A stretch of 64,000 nt of DNA, from IMG/VR virus record IMGVR_UViG_3300037424_000553, positions 947 to 64,946 of that record; one strand, given 5' to 3'. A program made the translations under genes and the position numbers. The first letter of the stretch is position 1, and each line of letters opens with the position of its first letter. The DNA comes from a virus. The notes under the pieces were generated by a model. It saw nothing but the letters and a program-made list of their open reading frames with translations. It was not told the DNA's origin and did no database searches. Shown here piece by piece: positions 8,229 to 17,460 of the stretch.

Positions 8229-8871
8229 GCTCGCTTGTCATCGCGGTGTCGGGGCCGTCCTCTCTCTGTCCCGCCGACTACTCCAGTCCTGAACGTCGCC
8301 CGGCTTCGAGGCCCGTAGCGATCGGTCTGAGCGAGTGTGAGGGTATGTCGCCGTGAGGCGTGAGGTGCTGCGGATATTGGAGGCGGTGTTGCCTGCGTCA
8401 GTAGGATGCGTCGGAAGAATTCCGCGATGTCCCCATCGCGAAGAGAGAACGGAGCCGACCAGTGTGGTCATGCTCCCCGAAGGACTACCCGCCGGTGCGC
8501 TACGCTGCCCGCCGGATCCTTCAGTGTGATTGGCCCGTGCTTGGGTCCTCAATCCCGAGTAGCTGGTTTTGGGCTGCCGCCCGTTTCCCCCGCGTGCCCT
8601 TCTCCGACTCGCCCCGCCTGGGGCCTCGAAGATCTTGGGTCGTCGCCTACTGGCTTGCTCCTGGGGTTCGACTCGCCTGTCTCCCTGACTCGGAGAGTAG
8701 TCGGCTTGTGCTGGCCCCATCGCGGTACTGATCTCGGTTTACCGGGGAGAGTGTCTTGGAATCTTGTGCTCTCCTCTGGCTCGCTGCCCCGGTCTCGAAT
8801 CTCGGGACTATCTAGGCTAGAGTTACCAGGCTTACTTTCTAGCCTCCCTGACTACCAAAACCATCCTCTCA
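8214..8871 (-). ncRNA. candidate large structured noncoding RNA (about 650 nt)
   Basis: No credible ORF; GNRA and UUCG tetraloop hairpins; 11-bp and 12-bp long-range helices; bounded by a promoter and the hammerhead. Confidence 0.65.
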
Positions 8872-8877
8872 TATATA

Positions 8878-8908
8878 AGGATAAGGTGTCCACTTTTATT
8901 GGTGTCCA
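8878..8908 (-). promoter_or_regulatory. putative promoter TGGACA-N19-TATCCT with TGGACACC direct repeats
   Basis: AT-rich island; repeats at 8885-8892 and 8901-8908; same architecture at 34279-34309. Confidence 0.5.
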
Positions 8909-8944
8909 TTTTTGTTGATTAAATCAAACACTTACAACACACCT

Positions 8945-8968
8945 CCCTGACAAAATCAGGGGTTTTTT
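8945..8968 (+). terminator. intrinsic terminator-like hairpin with T6 tract
   Basis: CCCTGA-caaaa-TCAGGG-g-TTTTTT. Confidence 0.5.
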
Positions 8969-8976
8969 GAAGGAAT

Positions 8977-8997
8977 CCCTAGATGGAGAGTCTAGGG
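8977..8997 (-). terminator. hairpin downstream of the lysis cassette
   Basis: CCCTAGA/TCTAGGG 7-bp stem 13 nt after the last late gene stop. Confidence 0.4.
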
Positions 8998-9009
8998 GAG
9001 ATCTATAGA

Positions 9010-9426
9010 CTAGCGACGCTGCTGCTGTTGCTGCGATCCGCGCGAACAATCCGGAAGTTTGTTGATCTGATTTTGAATGCTGCTGAGTCGCACATTGAGC
9101 AGTGCGATGTCCCGCGCTTCATCAGGTGTCAATGCTTTCCGTCCACTCAGTTGATTGATACGAAACTGCGTATCAGCAGCTTGCCCTTCGAGTTGCGTCC
9201 GCTTGATGTCCGCGAACTGACAGGTGAAATCCGCGACAAGCTGTGTGAGCTCATCAGCCCAGACGATCTTGCCAGATCCCCATAGATACAGCGAGTAGAT
9301 CATTGCGACCGCCACGCCGATCTTCACGATGCCCTGCCCGAGCAATCCGAACTGCTCCCAGACATCTGAGAGCGACGCCTTTGGTGGCGGCACTGGGGAT
9401 ACAACCACTTTCTTCTTTCCCATCAT
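9010..9426 (-). CDS. single-pass membrane coiled-coil protein, possibly i-spanin-like
   Basis: One TM helix then a heptad-rich domain with two Cys; in lysis cassette. Confidence 0.5.
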   Translation of the reverse strand: MMGKKKVVVSPVPPPKASLSDVWEQFGLLGQGIVKIGVAVAMIYSLYLWGSGKIVWADELTQLVADFTCQFADIKRTQLEGQAADTQFRINQLSGRKALTPDEARDIALLNVRLSSIQNQINKLPDCSRGSQQQQQRR

Positions 9427-9487
9427 GCTCCTCCCATGCACCGCCCGGCCTGACATCACCGGGCGGTGCCGTCGTGGATTGCTCCTG

Positions 9488-9775
9488 CTACCCGCCACTG
9501 CCTTCAGCGGCCAGCTCTGCCATCGCCTGCATCTCGATCTCGTCCCACGTCTTCGGCATCAGCAACGCCTTGATCTGCTCCGGCGTCATGGCGTCGTACT
9601 TCGACGGGTTCGAGAAGATGTCCCCGAGAATATCCTTCGCCTTGCTGGCCATGTAGAGTCCAGCCTCCACGTACTTCACCCAGTCGGGGTTGCCGACCAG
9701 CCCAGCGTTCTTGGCTGCTCCGAACGCCTGCCCGATCAGTTGCAGAATGAGTCCTGCTGCCGCTTCCGCGCCCAT
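9488..9775 (-). CDS. lysis-cassette hypothetical protein
   Basis: 95 aa with amphipathic N-terminus. Confidence 0.65.
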   Translation of the reverse strand: MGAEAAAGLILQLIGQAFGAAKNAGLVGNPDWVKYVEAGLYMASKAKDILGDIFSNPSKYDAMTPEQIKALLMPKTWDEIEMQAMAELAAEGSGG

Positions 9776-9778
9776 GAT

Positions 9779-10591
9779 CTAGTACCTCCCCTGCGCGGCG
9801 AGTGTGAAATGCTCCGTACTCGCGCTGTAGTAGATCTCGAACCAGGTCGGAGCAGCGTAGGTGGTCTTGATTTCCTCCACCGCCCCAGCATTGATCTTCT
9901 TCTTCAGATCCTCCAGGTTGACGAACTTGCCGACGAGGGCGAGGTAGAAGTTGATGTTCTTCGTGACCTCGGCGAGCGCCGCCTGCAGCTTGTTCTCGTT
10001 CTCCGGATTGCTCACCACCTTCCAGGATGACAGCGCCTCCGCGAGCCCTGCCTGCGCACCCTGATACTTCTCGTAGGCGGCCCGTCCCTGCTCATAGACC
10101 GCCGGCGTGATACGTGGATCTCCCCGGAGCTTCAGCTTGACGAACTCCACCGCCGCCCGTTCGACGAGTTGCTTCTGCGCATCGGCGGCTTGGACAGCCT
10201 TGCCGACACCACTGCTCGCACAGGCGGTAGTCAGCCCGATCGCCAGGAATCCGACCAGGATCCAGGAGAGGAGCTTGCCGGCCTGGCCGGTACTGGTACC
10301 ACTGAAGAGCTTCCTGATGTTCCCCACGAAGTCACCGCTGCCCGAGGCGATGAACGCCATGATCGCGAACGCCGCGAGTGGCGGTAACTTGGTCACGTCG
10401 AGACCTGGAATGATGGCCCCAGCGTGTGGGATCAGCACCGCCGCGAGGCCGTTGAATGCCACCTCGGTGACGAGCTGCTTGGAGAATGTCACGAATGCCG
10501 GACTCACCCAGAGCCTGAAGAAGGCGCCGAGTACGGCCCCGGCCACCAGTGCGATGGTCAGGACCGTTGTTGGATTGAGATTGCTGAACAT
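9779..10591 (-). CDS. multi-TM holin-like protein with C-terminal lipoprotein-like domain
   Basis: 3-4 hydrophobic segments, the last ending in GLTTAC; SD AAGGAGG. Confidence 0.6.
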   Translation of the reverse strand: MFSNLNPTTVLTIALVAGAVLGAFFRLWVSPAFVTFSKQLVTEVAFNGLAAVLIPHAGAIIPGLDVTKLPPLAAFAIMAFIASGSGDFVGNIRKLFSGTSTGQAGKLLSWILVGFLAIGLTTACASSGVGKAVQAADAQKQLVERAAVEFVKLKLRGDPRITPAVYEQGRAAYEKYQGAQAGLAEALSSWKVVSNPENENKLQAALAEVTKNINFYLALVGKFVNLEDLKKKINAGAVEEIKTTYAAPTWFEIYYSASTEHFTLAAQGRY

Positions 10592-10655
10592 GGGTTCTCC
10601 TCCTTGTTCGTGTTCACTCCTTGAGCAGGCACCGCTACCATGGTGCCCCACTGCA

Positions 10656-11174
10656 TCAAAGCAACGCCCGCCTGAGCCAGCCCTTGTTGAACGTCTCAAA
10701 GCGGGGATCTGGTCCCTCGACCAGCTCGATATAGCGCATGGCATGATAGGCGTTGAGCGCGAGGTCCAACGTCTCTAGGTCAGGACCTCGCGCTGCTTGC
10801 CACTTGAGTCCGTTGATGTGCCCCAGCGTGATCGCCCCGATCTTCCCATCGATGACGACCGGGGTGCCAGGAAGGATGTAGTTGAGTGCCCGCTGGAGAT
10901 ACTGCGCCGTCCGGACCTGCCCGAGATTGATGCTCATATCCAGAAGCTTGTTTGCTGTCTCCTGGTGCTGGACCTCGTCAAGTCTCAGCGGGTCCCAGTA
11001 ACGAGTCTTGTAGAGGAAGAGAGCCCGCTCGACAGTCATGTTTGGGATGTCCTCGTCAGGGAAGTCCCGCTTTGTAATTCCCTTGTTGGTCTCTCCTCCT
11101 GGATCGTTCGGGTCGTTGACATAACCGGCTTCAACGTCAAGAACAGGCTTGGAAGCGATGACAAATGATGCCAT
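10656..11174 (-). CDS. endolysin, glycoside hydrolase family 108 with PG_binding_3-like C-terminus
   Basis: VEAGYVNDPNDPGGETNKGIT; C-terminal F..GWLRR. Confidence 0.9.
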   Translation of the reverse strand: MASFVIASKPVLDVEAGYVNDPNDPGGETNKGITKRDFPDEDIPNMTVERALFLYKTRYWDPLRLDEVQHQETANKLLDMSINLGQVRTAQYLQRALNYILPGTPVVIDGKIGAITLGHINGLKWQAARGPDLETLDLALNAYHAMRYIELVEGPDPRFETFNKGWLRRALL

Positions 11175-11225
11175 CAGAAGTCGCCATTCCACGATGTCAT
11201 TGTACTCCTCCTTCAGAGTTGTGAA

Positions 11226-11531
11226 TCATCTTGATGTCTTCTTCTCTTGGTCTTGCAAACGTCTGATGACAGTACCGATTTCACCGGTTCCGTACAACGC
11301 ATCCCAGCATCGATTCTGTGCATCACGATACTCGCCGGCAAGATTGAGACAGACCGCAAACATGAGTGCATCCCGTTGCTGATCTCGCTCAGTATGAATC
11401 ATCATCCGCGACATCAATGGTGTTGGAAGGATACCAAACAAAGCGAGCAGAAGCATCAAGGCAATGACTGCACCAAAGCCATGACGGCTGAGCAACTCCT
11501 TCCAAAACTCTGACGAACCATTTAGAAGCAC
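11226..11531 (-). CDS. putative holin
   Basis: TM helix; immediately upstream of the endolysin. Confidence 0.55.
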   Translation of the reverse strand: MLLNGSSEFWKELLSRHGFGAVIALMLLLALFGILPTPLMSRMMIHTERDQQRDALMFAVCLNLAGEYRDAQNRCWDALYGTGEIGTVIRRLQDQEKKTSR

Positions 11532-11544
11532 CGATCATCTCCCT

Positions 11545-13329
11545 TTACGCTGGTGGAATCGAGACGCCGTTCACTGGAATCACCTGCACGTAAACGCTTT
11601 GTGAGAGCACGGCACCAACAATAGAAAAGCCAACGACTGGATCAGAGTGTCCTGAGACATCGTACGAATCGAGAAAGTCTGACAAGATGAACTGCAGCGC
11701 AGCCGTGAACTCCTTCAGATTATCAAACGGCACCAGTCCTGAGAGTGTTTTCAGTGTCGCCAGGAATGGTACGATGACACCACTTTGATTTCTGAAGATC
11801 GAAAAGTGTGGCTTGATGTTGTCCGGTGGAAGAATGCGCAACTCATCGAAGTCCTGATAGAGCAGACCGACTGAAACGAGGAACGGTGTCGTATCCAAGA
11901 AATCAATACTTGGATTCGTGCCAGTCACTGGAATCTTATCGATGATCGCGAGTGGTTCAGCCGATCCAAGATCCGTGACATGGATGCCATCGTGAAAATC
12001 ATACCCGAGCAAGGTTGACGAGAATGGTGCGCCGAATGCCGTCCCACCAATGCTGTTCGGTGGTCCCACCCGTGTCCAGATCACGTAGCGCTGATTTCTG
12101 CTGATAGGCCAGATGCGTCCAGAAACAGCGAAGCCAGTCTGGAACTGCGTGATCGTTGTCGGTCCTGGTGTCGCTCCGATGATCCATGCCCCAACCCACT
12201 GGAAGGTATCACCAGTGAGAATGCTTGTCGCCCGGACTGCCGCAAAGACTCGGAGCGCATTGCCTCGTCTCAACGGAACCATGAACAGCTGCGCCCCGCC
12301 AATCAGATTGGTTGTGAAATTGAATTCACCAACACCATCGTTGATGAAGTGTGCACCATCGTAGACGCCACCAGGCCAGACCGTTGAATTCTGAATTCCG
12401 TTGAAGAGCACGGTCCCATCGGTGATATCAATCAGAACAGGAAATTCGAAGTTGACAGTGCCGAATCCAAGCAACGAATTGTCCTGATCGACGATGTGAA
12501 CAGTCAAGCCAATGATGAGATGCTTGTCTCGCCTCAAGATGACATCATTTACCTGCCCGCTGGCAGTCTGAATCAAGATCAGTGTCGCCGGAATGAAAAT
12601 TGTATAGCCAGGTGAGACCAGCGTCCCGAGCACGATCGATGTCGAGACGTTCGTTGCCGGGTCCTGATGCCACGTGATGGCGCCGAGAGCGATCGCACTG
12701 GCCCCAATATCATAGGTCGTTTCGAGTGTCGCGGTTGCCGTGCCGTTGATTGGAGCATCTTCGGTCCCACCGACTTTGAACACGGCCAACACTGGATGCG
12801 CGAGTACCGTGTTTGTGAAGCTCACGACAAAGCGACGATGGTCAAGCCCCCAGCCATGAAGCCGATATGATCCGCTGCCAATGACAAAGCCGGCGGCTTC
12901 AAGCTGTTCTCGGCAAGTCAAGAACGGTGGATCCCCACCATTCTTGAGCAAGGTATTTTGATTGAAGTTCCGGAACCAGATATCGCTCACAGTCAGTGTA
13001 TCGTCAACCGGTGCGAGCATGAGCATTTCAACGATCGGCCCACCACCGACGACTTCAGGCGAGAAGTGTACGCGCCTGGCGTTGTGGCCGACGATCACAC
13101 GCGGACGGGCATTCTTGAAGACAACATCAACCCGCTGTCCTGACGCAAACTTGACGTTACCACTGGCTGGGATCGCCCGCGCCTTGACGATGTACGTCCC
13201 GTCATCGTTGACCGCTTCGATGACTTCACTCTTGATCTGATCGGCTTCAGGATTCTCCCCACGCAAACGTCGCCTGAGCCTGAGGTAAGCGTCGATGAGA
13301 CGCCTGGACGGCGTGTATTCGATTGGCAT
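11545..13329 (-). CDS. tail/receptor-binding structural protein
   Basis: 594 aa beta-rich; end of tail operon. Confidence 0.6.
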   Translation of the reverse strand: MPIEYTPSRRLIDAYLRLRRRLRGENPEADQIKSEVIEAVNDDGTYIVKARAIPASGNVKFASGQRVDVVFKNARPRVIVGHNARRVHFSPEVVGGGPIVEMLMLAPVDDTLTVSDIWFRNFNQNTLLKNGGDPPFLTCREQLEAAGFVIGSGSYRLHGWGLDHRRFVVSFTNTVLAHPVLAVFKVGGTEDAPINGTATATLETTYDIGASAIALGAITWHQDPATNVSTSIVLGTLVSPGYTIFIPATLILIQTASGQVNDVILRRDKHLIIGLTVHIVDQDNSLLGFGTVNFEFPVLIDITDGTVLFNGIQNSTVWPGGVYDGAHFINDGVGEFNFTTNLIGGAQLFMVPLRRGNALRVFAAVRATSILTGDTFQWVGAWIIGATPGPTTITQFQTGFAVSGRIWPISRNQRYVIWTRVGPPNSIGGTAFGAPFSSTLLGYDFHDGIHVTDLGSAEPLAIIDKIPVTGTNPSIDFLDTTPFLVSVGLLYQDFDELRILPPDNIKPHFSIFRNQSGVIVPFLATLKTLSGLVPFDNLKEFTAALQFILSDFLDSYDVSGHSDPVVGFSIVGAVLSQSVYVQVIPVNGVSIPPA

Positions 13330-13363
13330 CAGATCTATCCGTCCAGGCGTCTCATCGTGACTG

Positions 13364-13675
13364 TTAGTTCTCAGGCGCTTCCGTCACATCGATGTAGTAC
13401 GACTTGCCAGGTTCCCATGGCATCTCTCGCACTGTTGAGACCTCGAACTTCCCCGACGGTGTCGCCTCCCAGAATTTGCGATCCTCACTCTGTCCATCGC
13501 TGACAATCCCAGAATCACCATGCGTCGCATAGACCGCCGTGAAGACGGCGTCGTAGAACGGAACACGAGTCTGCCCAGTGACCCGCTCGGGATTTGCGGG
13601 ATCATCATGCAGCGAGCGGTGTCCGTACCGCGTCGTGACCGCCTGACACACCATCTTACACCGTACTCGGATCAT
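13364..13675 (-). CDS. conserved phage hypothetical protein
   Basis: KFWEATPSG motif. Confidence 0.7.
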   Translation of the reverse strand: MIRVRCKMVCQAVTTRYGHRSLHDDPANPERVTGQTRVPFYDAVFTAVYATHGDSGIVSDGQSEDRKFWEATPSGKFEVSTVREMPWEPGKSYYIDVTEAPEN

Positions 13676-13713
13676 CGCGCCCTTTCCCCTGCTCGACCGG
13701 GTGATTCATTTCG

Positions 13714-14016
13714 CTATCCCTTGACCGTGCCATCGATCACGTACTCACCATCACGTGTCTTGGTGATGAAAACCACCTGGCCAGCAGTCAGCGGCTCGTC
13801 GTTCGACTGCCTGGCCTGCACAGTGCGTCCACGAAAGAATGCGGTCCCACCGGCAGTCGTCGAGACTGCGGTCATTGTCGCTTCATCGAAGAACGCCTGA
13901 TCCGAGTCCGCAGGCATGGTCTTGCCCACCATTGTGACGCGCTGATTCCGAATCCCTTGCACATCACCATTCTGCATGAGCGTTGTGTACTGATTCACCA
14001 TCCGTCGAAATGCCAT
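13714..14016 (-). CDS. tail accessory protein
   Basis: Position; SD GAAGGGAG. Confidence 0.65.
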   Translation of the reverse strand: MAFRRMVNQYTTLMQNGDVQGIRNQRVTMVGKTMPADSDQAFFDEATMTAVSTTAGGTAFFRGRTVQARQSNDEPLTAGQVVFITKTRDGEYVIDGTVKG

Positions 14017-14037
14017 GTCGTTCGCTCCCTTCGCCGC

Positions 14038-15759
14038 CTACGTTGCCTGCCACCCAAATCCAGTTGCATTTAGAGTGTATTCTGATTTGTCACCCTTCTC
14101 CATATATTTGCTCCGCACGCTTGTCATGATGATCGCCGGAATATTCAAGAGACTGCCATCCTCAGCTTGAATCCCGACGAAGGCGACAGTCTTGCCACGC
14201 TGAATGAATGGCATGCCGATTCCATCGAAGATCAACTCGTACTCGAACAATCCCTGCACAGCGATGAACTGTGCCTGAAGCTGCTGCAGTGTTGCCAGGT
14301 CAAGGTTCTCATCGCTGATCTCGATGTCCTGTGCATCATTGTCGGTTGAGAGCACGATCGTGAGCTCAAGCTGCCGTGAGCCACCGATACCAGGCTGCCC
14401 ACTCGTCGTCCGTGAAATTGGCGCGGCCCGCCCCGGTCCACCTGGCGCGAAGCCACCCTGCGTCTGTGTCCGGCGTGTGACAAAGTCCCAATCCTCATCG
14501 GCTTCATTCCAGACGTAATCAGTGACAATCTGCTCGACGAGTTGATTCCCCTTCGAACGAATCGTCTTGATCGTTTGGATTGAGTTGATGAATTGCCCAC
14601 CCGCCCCAGCTGAGAGATCAAGCTTCCTGGTGACATCCGTCTCACCAGTGAGAAACCCGCTCCCGTTGTAGGCATAGCCGATGTTTTCGATCTCCCACAG
14701 CCTGAAGGTATTCGTATCATCAGACTTATCAATCCGTGACCGCCTGATGAGTGACTCTTCCTGCTTTGGCTGCCCCTGCTGCCCCGATGTATCGAACGCC
14801 ACCGCTGTCCATCGGTTATCGATCGTCTCTCTGGTCTTCAGCACCATCCCAGAGGCATCGCGGGCAAACTCTTCCTTGGTCGACCGGAGCAGAATATGCG
14901 CCGGCATCTGATACACCGACGTCGTATGGACAATGCTCTGTAAGACACCAGGCGGAGAGAAGTTCTCCTGGAGATCCTCTTCGGTCTGCTCACCAGAGAT
15001 GAACAGATTGTTGAACCCGCCCGTGAGCGCGTTGTCAGGATCCGGCGAGAGCGATTCCGAGATCTTGGCTCCGCGTAGGGTGAGGATGCCGATCTTCTTA
15101 CTCTTGCGCTTACGGATCGTGACCTGCTTGCGCCGGACTTCGTTGAGCGTCAGGAAGTAGGTCGGCGTTGTCACTGGAAACGGACGTTGCCGCAGAATCA
15201 CCGTCGTATTCTCGACGAGGATATCGGTCCTGAACGGTTCAACGAATGTCCAGGGTCGAATGATGTTCCTGAGAATGTCGATGACACGCCCAACCGCTTC
15301 GAACGTCGCCTGAAATTCGTAGTCGATCGTTTCGTAAGAGAGCGTCAGCCCAGCGCTCGCGGCGACTTCAGCCGCCACCGCTGAGGCCATGAATCGACCC
15401 TGAACTTCGGGGATCGCGCCGATCGGTGGGACAAATGTCGAGATCGTCGGGGGCGCTGGGAGCCTGACGTAGCGCTTCTTGAAATAACTGTCGAGCAGGA
15501 GTGCCGCGGGATCTCGCCCACGGACTCGCCCGTTGACGTTATTCGGCGTGATCGTGATTTCATATTCGTCAATGACACCCTGCGTGATCTGTGAGATCGT
15601 TTTCTGCTGTGTCCCGTCGAGCAAGCCCAGGGCCAAGGAAACTCGATCCGCTGGCGAGGCCTGTCTGAACAACTCACTATCGTTGACTTCGATATTGAAG
15701 GCATCAGCGACCAGCTCCAATGTCGAATCAATGGCGAATGACGCATAGTCACTGGTCAT
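14038..15759 (-). CDS. tail hub/baseplate-like protein
   Basis: 573 aa; position after tail-tip genes. Confidence 0.55.
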   Translation of the reverse strand: MTSDYASFAIDSTLELVADAFNIEVNDSELFRQASPADRVSLALGLLDGTQQKTISQITQGVIDEYEITITPNNVNGRVRGRDPAALLLDSYFKKRYVRLPAPPTISTFVPPIGAIPEVQGRFMASAVAAEVAASAGLTLSYETIDYEFQATFEAVGRVIDILRNIIRPWTFVEPFRTDILVENTTVILRQRPFPVTTPTYFLTLNEVRRKQVTIRKRKSKKIGILTLRGAKISESLSPDPDNALTGGFNNLFISGEQTEEDLQENFSPPGVLQSIVHTTSVYQMPAHILLRSTKEEFARDASGMVLKTRETIDNRWTAVAFDTSGQQGQPKQEESLIRRSRIDKSDDTNTFRLWEIENIGYAYNGSGFLTGETDVTRKLDLSAGAGGQFINSIQTIKTIRSKGNQLVEQIVTDYVWNEADEDWDFVTRRTQTQGGFAPGGPGRAAPISRTTSGQPGIGGSRQLELTIVLSTDNDAQDIEISDENLDLATLQQLQAQFIAVQGLFEYELIFDGIGMPFIQRGKTVAFVGIQAEDGSLLNIPAIIMTSVRSKYMEKGDKSEYTLNATGFGWQAT

Positions 15760-16274
15760 GGCGTTTTCGTGATGACTCCAAACGGCTTCTGGACATCATT
15801 CTCGATGAGTGGCGTGAGGAGATTCGGCACCACATTCCATCGCAGCGTGAACGGGACGATGTTCTGCCGAACTGTCCAGCGGAGTTGAAGCTGGGCAATC
15901 AGACCACGCTGGACGACATTCCATCGCAGCGTAAATGGCGTGTTGAGCGGCTGCCGAACACTCCAGATGAGAAGCAGGCGATTCGGCTCGACGCCAGTAC
16001 TGTCGATCGGAATTGCCGCATCCTGCGTCCGTGGAACACCACCGAGTAGGGCATCGACTGGGATGGCTTCATCACGATTGAGCTGATCAAGCCCCTCGCT
16101 CTCAACGGGAGTCTTCTCATCACGTCTGAGAACAACTGTCTCGATACTCTCGACTGGAATGGATTCATCACGTGTGACTTGCTCGAGACCTTCGCTCTCA
16201 ACCGGAATTGAAGCATCGAGGACAAGTCCTCCACTGGACAGGAACAATGCGAAACTTCTGAGCGAGTACGACAT
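15756..16274 (-). CDS. tail protein with RDxxIP[VI][ED]S and LRWxV repeats
   Basis: Five RD..IPVES-type and four L.W.V repeats in translation. Confidence 0.7.
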   Translation of the reverse strand: MSYSLRSFALFLSSGGLVLDASIPVESEGLEQVTRDESIPVESIETVVLRRDEKTPVESEGLDQLNRDEAIPVDALLGGVPRTQDAAIPIDSTGVEPNRLLLIWSVRQPLNTPFTLRWNVVQRGLIAQLQLRWTVRQNIVPFTLRWNVVPNLLTPLIENDVQKPFGVITKTP

Positions 16275-16280
16275 GATTCG

Positions 16281-16649
16281 CTAGAGCGTATCGACACGCC
16301 AGTCAAAGTTCCTGCCTGTCCCAGCAGTCTGCTTGAGCGTAAACGTAACCGAGTATGGTGATGGAATCGGAATGCTGATCTTGTCAATCTCACCACCAGC
16401 CGACGAGCCAGGTGCCGCACCGTCACCTTGGGCATGAGCATAGGCCGATTCGTACACTAGAGACGGATTGGCATCGCCAGTCAGCACCTTGGTGTACGCC
16501 CGCAGCTCAAGGACATCTCCGTTCACCATATTACGAGTGTTAACGCTCAGGACATAGACACCATTATCATCGAACGACCCCGCATTGAGCGTGTGTTCGG
16601 TATTGATTACCGCCAGTTGCGTCCCGCTCGCCTTGACCGTGACAGACAT
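16281..16649 (-). CDS. tail accessory protein
   Basis: Position, SD. Confidence 0.65.
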   Translation of the reverse strand: MSVTVKASGTQLAVINTEHTLNAGSFDDNGVYVLSVNTRNMVNGDVLELRAYTKVLTGDANPSLVYESAYAHAQGDGAAPGSSAGGEIDKISIPIPSPYSVTFTLKQTAGTGRNFDWRVDTL

Positions 16650-16663
16650 CAGCTACTCCTTCT

Positions 16664-17452
16664 CTATGAAAAGCCAACGAGATCGGCTCGGAGTCCAACA
16701 GTCGCCGTTGATGATTTGCCGCGATAGGCAACGCGTGTGCCTTTTGGAATTGCCAGTGGCATCGAGACAATCGCTGTATGCGCTCGGTTCGTCGGTCGAT
16801 GATAGATGTTCGGAACGACGACGACTTCACTCGCCGCGGCCCCGATCCCGATATCAACGGCAACTTCAACGTCAGCCGTCGTGGCAACGATTGAGAAGAG
16901 AATATGCTTGATGCTCTGCGCCAACGATGCCGTGAGTTCAGCCCAGCTTCCCTTGGTATCGATCGCCCCAGTCGTCGCCACTGTGCCAGTCGATGTCGCA
17001 AGATCCGCCCCAATGGTGAGCGTCCGATGATAGCCACCTGGCTTGCCATACGTCGACGCGGCGAGGAGCACCTTGAGCAGCAAGTTCTGACTGATGCCAC
17101 CACTCTGGTTTCTCGCCGAGAGTCGTGTTCCTTTTGGAATCCGGAGTGGAATCCAGAATGGATCGCAGTGATAAAAGACGCCACCGACACCGGACGTCGG
17201 GCCGAACTGGAGATCCGCGAGTGCAACGACTTCGGATCCACCGGCCCCGACGCCGAGATCAAGGAGAAACGGAATCGTTGCCGCATGTCGCGAGCTGATG
17301 AGTAAGCCCTCGACATCGAAGGGCAGCGACGCCGCAAGCTGTACCCACGCACCTTTGGTATGTGTACTGCCTCCAGATGGGACCGTCGTCACATAGGCCG
17401 TCTGGTCGTCTTCACCCCAGCGGCTGAGATCCCCGACGCGCCAATCACCCAT
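16664..17452 (-). CDS. tail protein with two tandem homologous beta domains
   Basis: TKGAWVQLAAS...DLGVGAGGSEVV and TKGSWAELTAS...DIGIGAAASEVV. Confidence 0.65.
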   Translation of the reverse strand: MGDWRVGDLSRWGEDDQTAYVTTVPSGGSTHTKGAWVQLAASLPFDVEGLLISSRHAATIPFLLDLGVGAGGSEVVALADLQFGPTSGVGGVFYHCDPFWIPLRIPKGTRLSARNQSGGISQNLLLKVLLAASTYGKPGGYHRTLTIGADLATSTGTVATTGAIDTKGSWAELTASLAQSIKHILFSIVATTADVEVAVDIGIGAAASEVVVVPNIYHRPTNRAHTAIVSMPLAIPKGTRVAYRGKSSTATVGLRADLVGFS

Positions 17453-17460
17453 CGTATGGA

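Noticed and set aside
8260-8430. Group I intron-like words (AUCGCGGAA, AUCCGCAGC, UUCAGGACU)
   Set aside because: No properly placed S element or P7 partner downstream, no interrupted gene, and GACU is better used in the long-range helix.
8700-8871. Second self-cleaving ribozyme at the 5' end (which would make a circular or retrozyme-like RNA)
   Set aside because: No complete hammerhead, twister, pistol or HDV-like core could be assembled by eye.
4024-8996. 12-mer CCTAGACTCTCC at 4024-4035 and, inverted, at 8985-8996
   Set aside because: Short, different contexts, compatible with chance.
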